DNA of 64,000 nucleotides from Candidatus Babeliales bacterium (GTDB lineage Bacteria; Babelota; Babeliae; Babelales; CAIQNR01): NCBI GenBank assembly GCA_031972475.1, contig DALYEP010000001.1, positions 670,567 to 734,566 of the forward strand, read 5' to 3'. Shown piece by piece: positions 58,989 to 64,000 of this stretch (position 1 is its first letter; each line of letters starts with the position of its first letter). The notes under the pieces were generated by a model. It saw only the letters and a program-made list of their open reading frames with translations, ran no database searches and was not told where the DNA came from. The position numbers and the translations under genes were made by a program.

Positions 58989-59660
58989 ATGAAAAAAAAA
59001 TATATATTATATCTTCGTACAGATATATGCGATCAAGAGCTTACAGCAGGAGGTTCTGTTGCGCATACGGTAGGAGTGATTTCTGGATTTATTTCTTTAG
59101 GATATTCTGTAATTTGTGCATCTTCGTCTATGCATTCAATTCTTGAAAAAATAATAGAAAAAAAAGAAATATTAAAACTCTCAAATCCAGAAATTTTTTC
59201 TTTATTGCGATGGAAGTTAAATTGTTTTTTATCGTCATATTTCTTCTTTGTAATTATTATTTTTAAGCTCAAAAACAAAGATCTTGAGTTTATTTACCAA
59301 CGATATAGTCTCTTGAACATGACCGGCGTATTGCTTGCTTGGTGGTATAAAAAAAAGTTTATTCTCGAATATAACGGATCAGAAGTTTGGATTGTAAATA
59401 ATTGGTCTAAAGACAAACGATGGATAAAGTTTGAGTGGTTGATGAAGTGTGTAGAGTTAATAAACATACACAAATCAGACGCAATTGTAGTGGTGTCTGA
59501 GGTTCTTAAAAAAGAACTCATTGTTCAGTTTGGTATAGAAGAAAAAAAGATTCTAGTAAATCCTAACGGTGTTGACATAAGCGTTTTTAGGCCATATGAG
59601 GTAAAAGACTATGCAAATAATTATCACATCAAAAAAGAGCTGGAAAGACATACTCTTTGA
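58989..59660 (+). CDS. GT4-family glycosyltransferase, N-terminal Rossmann half only (truncated or split)
   Basis: TAGGSVAHTVGVISGFISLGYSV and SDAIVVVSEVLKKELIVQFGIEEKKILVNPNGVDISVFRP are GT4 N-domain motifs. The ORF stops 25 aa after NGVD, where the C-domain (EX7E) should begin. Its last 50 nt overlap wzm. Confidence 0.6.
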   Translation: MKKKYILYLRTDICDQELTAGGSVAHTVGVISGFISLGYSVICASSSMHSILEKIIEKKEILKLSNPEIFSLLRWKLNCFLSSYFFFVIIIFKLKNKDLEFIYQRYSLLNMTGVLLAWWYKKKFILEYNGSEVWIVNNWSKDKRWIKFEWLMKCVELINIHKSDAIVVVSEVLKKELIVQFGIEEKKILVNPNGVDISVFRPYEVKDYANNYHIKKELERHTL

Positions 59661-60423
59661 ACTTTGGGATTACAGAGAGGTTTTCATTTTTCTTGGTTGG
59701 CGCGATATTTTAGTCCAATACAAGCAGACTTCTTTGGGTGTTGCATGGGTTTTATTACGACCACTTCTGACCGTTACTATTTTTACTGTAATTTTTAGTA
59801 GAATTGCAGGTATAGATTCTCAAGGAATTCCGTATCCATTGATGGTTTTTTCTGGAATGTTGGTATGGCAATTTTTTGCAGATATGTTGACCTTTGGCAG
59901 TAATTGTTTTTTGGCAAATCAACAACTTATCTCAAAAGTTTATTTCCCTCGATTATTGCTTCCTGCAAGTCGCGTATTGTGTAGCCTCGTTGATTTTTTC
60001 ATAGCATTTACATTTTATATTTTTTTATCTGTTATTAGATATCATGTTATTCCGCCAGTTCAATTTTTTTTATTTCCTATTTTTTTATTATGGTTAATGA
60101 TCTTTACTTTTAGTATAAGTCTTTTTTCTGCATCACTTATTGTATGTTATCGTGATTTTAGGCATGTTATCCCATTTGCGACGCAACTTGGAGTTTATAT
60201 AACTCCTGTTGGCTTTAATTTATTTATGGCTCCTAAATATGTTCAATATATTTTAGGATGTAATCCATTAACAGGCATTATTAATGGATTTAGATATGTA
60301 CTTTTTGGAGAGATTCTTGTTCCAGAGGTAATAATTATTTCTTTTGTCATGACTCTTGTCTGTATAGGGGTTAGTGCAATTTATTTTAAATCAGTGGAAG
60401 GTACTTTTGCTGATAAGGTTTGA
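59611..60423 (+). CDS. wzm: ABC-2 type polysaccharide export permease (Wzm)
   Basis: 270 aa and six TM segments. LWDYREVFIFLGWRDILVQYKQTSLGVAWVLLRPLL is the typical Wzm/TagG N-terminal signature. Confidence 0.85.
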   Translation: MQIIITSKKSWKDILFELWDYREVFIFLGWRDILVQYKQTSLGVAWVLLRPLLTVTIFTVIFSRIAGIDSQGIPYPLMVFSGMLVWQFFADMLTFGSNCFLANQQLISKVYFPRLLLPASRVLCSLVDFFIAFTFYIFLSVIRYHVIPPVQFFLFPIFLLWLMIFTFSISLFSASLIVCYRDFRHVIPFATQLGVYITPVGFNLFMAPKYVQYILGCNPLTGIINGFRYVLFGEILVPEVIIISFVMTLVCIGVSAIYFKSVEGTFADKV

Positions 60424-60435
60424 AAAGGGAATTGG

Positions 60436-61200
60436 ATGATTACAGGTAAAGAAGCTTTTGAAAAATTTTATCAAAATCATGAAGATCCTTGGTATTTATC
60501 GTGGAGAGCAAAGCAACAACTGCGATATGAGTTTTATATTGATATGCTTAAACCTTTTTTGCATAAACAGAGTACTTTAATAGATATTGGTTGTGGAAGA
60601 GGCTATTTTGCAAAAAAGCTTTTTGATACAAATTCTTTTTCATTTATAGAAGGTATTGATATTTCTGAAATAGCGATTAAACAAGCTCAGGAATTATATC
60701 AATCATCTTCAGGGTTGTATTTCCAAGCGCAAGCACTTCCTAAAATATATTGCGATGGAAAGCTGTTTGACTTTGTAGTAGCGCTTGAGGTTATTTATTA
60801 TTTGGAATCAAAAGAAGAAAGAAAATTAGCTTTTTTAAATATTCATAATCTGCTTAAACCAAATGGACTTTTTTTAATTTCTGTCAATGTAAATCAAGGA
60901 TCTTTTACAGAAGAAGAGTTGATGGATAATTTATTGCATAGTAGTTTTTCTATTAAAAAAGTTGATTATATTCGTGATAGTTTTTATATAAAATGGGAAA
61001 ATTATTTTTGTTCGTTATATGATGTATTTAAAGAATTAAGGCAAAGAGCCTATTATACTTTTCCTATTATTGTCTTATTGCAAGTGAGTATTAAATTTTT
61101 ATTAAGTTCTAAAATAATTGCTCGTTTATTTCTTTTTTTAACAAAATTTTCAAAAAATAATCCAAGTATAATATTTATACTATCTCAAAAGAATGCTTAA
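60436..61200 (+). CDS. Class I SAM-dependent methyltransferase (NodS-like N-terminus) with hydrophobic C-terminal tail
   Basis: Motif I LIDIGCGRGYFAKKL, an acidic post-I EGIDISE, and N-terminal HEDPWYLSWRAKQQLRYE resembling NodS-type enzymes. C-terminal PIIVLLQVSIKFLLSSKIIARLFLFL. Confidence 0.75.
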   Translation: MITGKEAFEKFYQNHEDPWYLSWRAKQQLRYEFYIDMLKPFLHKQSTLIDIGCGRGYFAKKLFDTNSFSFIEGIDISEIAIKQAQELYQSSSGLYFQAQALPKIYCDGKLFDFVVALEVIYYLESKEERKLAFLNIHNLLKPNGLFLISVNVNQGSFTEEELMDNLLHSSFSIKKVDYIRDSFYIKWENYFCSLYDVFKELRQRAYYTFPIIVLLQVSIKFLLSSKIIARLFLFLTKFSKNNPSIIFILSQKNA

Positions 61201-61202
61201 AT

Positions 61203-62468
61203 ATGAATGTAATAAAAGTCGAAAATCTTACAAAAATATATAACGTAGCTGATGCTCAAGAAGGTACAATAGGATTTCGAGAGCTTCTGTCTCAGCAGCT
61301 TTCATCTTTGTTTTCTAATAAAGAAAAATCAAATCTATTTTATGCACTCAATGATATTTCGTTTGAGGTTAAAAAAGGTGAAATACTTGGAATTATTGGT
61401 AAAAACGGATCTGGCAAAAGCACATTACTTAAAATTTTAAGTCGTATTACTATTCCTACAAGCGGAAAAGTTACTATTAATGGACGTGTAGCAAGTTTAT
61501 TAGAAGTAGGAACAGGTTTTCATGAAGAGCTTACAGGTCGAGAAAATATTTTTATGAGTGGTATTATTCTTGGCATGAAGCGTTGGGAGATTTATAAACA
61601 TTTTGATGAAATAGTTTCATTTGCAGGGGTAGAAAAATTTATTGATACTCCTGTTAAAAAATATTCTTCTGGAATGCGACTAAGACTTGCATTTTCTGTA
61701 GCAGCACATCTTCAGCCAGAAATACTTTTGATAGATGAAGTTCTTGCTGTTGGTGATTATGAGTTTGAAAAAAAATGTATGGGCATTATGAGTGATATTC
61801 AAAAAAGTGGTCGTACAATTTTATTTGTTTCTCATAATATGGAATTTATAAAGAGACTATGCAAAAAAGTTATTTTTTTGGAAAAGGGCATTATTAAAAA
61901 AATTGGAATAGCTGATAACGTTATTAGTCATTATTTTAATTATAAAGAAAGTAATAAAAAATTTGTATCTTGGGATTATTCATTTTCAAAAAGTAACGAA
62001 ATCGTTCATATAAATTCTATCGAAATAATGGGTCAAGATTTTGATGATGTTTTTTATAGAGAATATCCCTTTATTGTTAGAGTTAAATATGAAATTTTTA
62101 TAAAAAATGCTTTAATTTCATTAGTTTTTTTATTTTATAACGAGAAAGGAGATTTGCTTTTTACAGCTTTTGAGGAGCTTGCACCAGAAATAAATTCGAC
62201 AAAACGCGAGCCTGGAGTGTACATTACAGATTGTATTATTCCGCCATTTATTTTTAATAATGAAAAAATAACTATTTCTTTGCATGTTCGTAATACTGGT
62301 CAAGATGGTAGAATTATAAGAGACAATAGAGTCCTTCAACTTGAAGGAATTATTTCTTTCTATGTTGCTTCTAAAGAGTTGCGAAATGAAAGATTTATTT
62401 CAAATGAAAATATTGGGATGATTAACCCAAATATTTCTTGGAACATTCAAAAAATAAAAGAAATGTAA
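61203..62468 (+). CDS. wzt: Polysaccharide ABC exporter ATP-binding protein (Wzt) with ~170-aa C-terminal extension (putative glycan-terminus-binding domain)
   Basis: Walker A GKNGSGKST, signature YSSGMRLRL, Walker B LLIDEVLAVGD, then a beta-rich extension (aa ~250-421), as seen in Wzt proteins that recognise capped O-polysaccharide. Confidence 0.88.
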   Translation: MNVIKVENLTKIYNVADAQEGTIGFRELLSQQLSSLFSNKEKSNLFYALNDISFEVKKGEILGIIGKNGSGKSTLLKILSRITIPTSGKVTINGRVASLLEVGTGFHEELTGRENIFMSGIILGMKRWEIYKHFDEIVSFAGVEKFIDTPVKKYSSGMRLRLAFSVAAHLQPEILLIDEVLAVGDYEFEKKCMGIMSDIQKSGRTILFVSHNMEFIKRLCKKVIFLEKGIIKKIGIADNVISHYFNYKESNKKFVSWDYSFSKSNEIVHINSIEIMGQDFDDVFYREYPFIVRVKYEIFIKNALISLVFLFYNEKGDLLFTAFEELAPEINSTKREPGVYITDCIIPPFIFNNEKITISLHVRNTGQDGRIIRDNRVLQLEGIISFYVASKELRNERFISNENIGMINPNISWNIQKIKEM

Positions 62469-62470
62469 TT

Positions 62471-63217
62471 ATGGATAATATTAAGAATAATTTATTTATT
62501 AAATATTCAGCAACGAGAACTGTTTTTCTTGATAAATCAAATGAATCTAAATTAATTAGATTTAGATTATTTTACAAAAAAATATATAAAAAATATTTTA
62601 TAAATATTCATAAAGATGCAAGGATACTTGATCTTGGATGTAATCGTGGATATTTGTTGAAAATATTGCATGAAAATAATTTTAGTAATTTAACTGGCGT
62701 TGATTTATCCAAAAATGACTTAGATGTTGCTCGTAGCCTTTCTCCAACTATTAATTTTATAAAAAAAGATATTTTTGAATTTTTAAAAAATATAAAATTT
62801 AAATACGATGTCATATTTATGAGAGCTGTTATAGAGCATATAGAAAAAGATAGGATAATTTTTTTATTAAATCTTATACGTAGTGCTTTAAATCCTTCGG
62901 GATTTGCTTTGATTGATACTGATAATGCTGATTGGCTTTTTTCTCATCATGATAGATATATGGATTTTACTCATGAAGTTGGTTTTACGATTGAAAGTTT
63001 AAGGCAAGTAGGGTTAATGGTTTTTGAAAATATTTATATTGAAACATACCCAAACCCTATAGTTTTTGAGAGCAAATATTACGTTATAAAAAAAATACGT
63101 TTTATGATGTACTGTTTTTTTAGATTTTTCGTAAAAAAAATAATTTCTTTTATAGAGCCTGAAATGAAAAATTCACCTTTATTAGATCGTTATATTTTTA
63201 TAAAACTTATGAATTGA
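62471..63217 (+). CDS. Class I SAM-dependent methyltransferase
   Basis: The start is moved to ATG 62471, 2 nt after the wzt stop. Motif I ILDLGCNRGYLLKIL, post-I GVDLS, and motif II DVIFMRAVIEHI. Confidence 0.75.
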   Translation: MDNIKNNLFIKYSATRTVFLDKSNESKLIRFRLFYKKIYKKYFINIHKDARILDLGCNRGYLLKILHENNFSNLTGVDLSKNDLDVARSLSPTINFIKKDIFEFLKNIKFKYDVIFMRAVIEHIEKDRIIFLLNLIRSALNPSGFALIDTDNADWLFSHHDRYMDFTHEVGFTIESLRQVGLMVFENIYIETYPNPIVFESKYYVIKKIRFMMYCFFRFFVKKIISFIEPEMKNSPLLDRYIFIKLMN

Positions 63218-63231
63218 TAATAAAATATATT

Positions 63232-64000
63232 ATGACTTCTATAAAAATATGTATAACTCTTGATTATGAAACATGGCAACCAGTTCCAAATGGTTATCAA
63301 ATTGATTGGTATAAAGATTTATTTAACTCTGCTGAGCAATGGATGGTAATAGCAGAAAAATATAATGCAAAACTAACTTTTTTTGTAGAGATGGCAGAAT
63401 ATCTTTGGTTGAAGAAAAATAATATTTTTTTTGCTAAAGTTATGAAAAATCAAATTCAAGATATGGTTAAAAGAGGCCATGATGTTCAACTTCATTTACA
63501 TCCATCATGGTTGCCGGAATTAGGCGTTTCGTTTCATAACAATATTTGGACTGGATTGGATAAAAATCAAAGGTTGCATGATATTACTTCATTAAAAGTA
63601 TACGATGTTCTTGAAATGACAAAAAATGAACTAGAAATGATTGTTAAAGAGATTGATTCTAATTTTAAAGTTTTAGTTTTTAGAGCTGCGAAATATCAAA
63701 TTCAGCCAAGCTTTGAAATTGTTGAAAGTCTTATGTCTTTAGGTATTTATGCAGATAGTTCTGTTTGGAAGGGTGGTTATAGTAAAGAGCATTTTTTTGA
63801 TTTTAGATATGCCTATCACAATCATCAACCATATTTTAGCAGTCCTTATGATGTTCGTTATAAAGATCTTAAAGAAGAATCTTTTTTAGAAATTCCTATT
63901 TTTTCTTATAAAGGAGAAAAATGGAATTTAGATTTTGATTCATCGTCAAAAATGCTTTCTCCTTTATTGTTGCAATTAAAAGAGTATGGTTTGTTAAAAA
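63232..64000 (+). CDS. Partial CDS (runs off the right edge): polysaccharide deacetylase (CE4)-like protein
   Basis: My own translation gives MTSIKICITLDYETWQP...KLTFFVEMAEYLW...KRGHDVQLHLHPSW. TLDYE and GHDVQLH resemble CE4 motifs 1 and 2. The frame stays open to position 64000. Confidence 0.4.
   Translation, partial: MTSIKICITLDYETWQPVPNGYQIDWYKDLFNSAEQWMVIAEKYNAKLTFFVEMAEYLWLKKNNIFFAKVMKNQIQDMVKRGHDVQLHLHPSWLPELGVSFHNNIWTGLDKNQRLHDITSLKVYDVLEMTKNELEMIVKEIDSNFKVLVFRAAKYQIQPSFEIVESLMSLGIYADSSVWKGGYSKEHFFDFRYAYHNHQPYFSSPYDVRYKDLKEESFLEIPIFSYKGEKWNLDFDSSSKMLSPLLLQLKEYGLLK

Overview
AT-rich (about one-third G+C by eye), gene-dense bacterial chromosome segment. It uses the standard code: TGA acts as a stop at polA, atpC and alaS. 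I see no rRNA, CRISPR array, transposase, integrase or prophage. Housekeeping genes recognisable from their motifs: ruvA, an alanine:cation symporter, a tandem Ddl-Ddl fusion, orn, priA, polA, thyX, rpmA, secF, rho, tsaD, smpB plus a one-piece tmRNA, a P-type ATPase, atpD-atpC, typA, putP, skp-like, pth, a NUDIX hydrolase, alaS, a HIT protein and tRNA-Gly(GCC). Accessory content sits between them. (1) Many small exported proteins share a stereotyped signal peptide; they include a tandem array of Cys-rich, C-terminally anchored paralogs (13.1-15.8 kb) and a three-gene array (26.6-28.0 kb). (2) Several proteins look eukaryote-like or effector-like: a SET-domain methyltransferase with an NLS-like basic patch, a 1060-aa exported ankyrin protein with about 8 copies of an unrecognised ~86-aa repeat, and an exported PP2C-like protein whose metal-binding Asp residues are all substituted. 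(3) An orphan HerA/DUF87 ATPase is packed directly behind atpDC. (4) Rho carries a ~140-aa N-terminal extension with a Q/N-rich tract. (5) A >13 kb unidirectional glycan operon runs off the right edge: wecB, wecC, bi-domain oxidoreductase, sugar-1-P nucleotidyltransferase, AsnB-like amidotransferase, half-size GT4, wzm, methyltransferase, wzt with a C-terminal extension, methyltransferase, CE4-like. Together this suggests a host-associated, possibly protist-associated, bacterium, perhaps of a Dependentiae/TM6-like lineage. That lineage assignment is inference only. No single canonical novel system (defence, secretion, toxin-antitoxin) is demonstrable from sequence alone. The best candidates for undescribed biology are the small Cys-rich anchored protein family, the ankyrin plus novel-repeat protein, and the atpDC-HerA-SET-RecO-like gene string.
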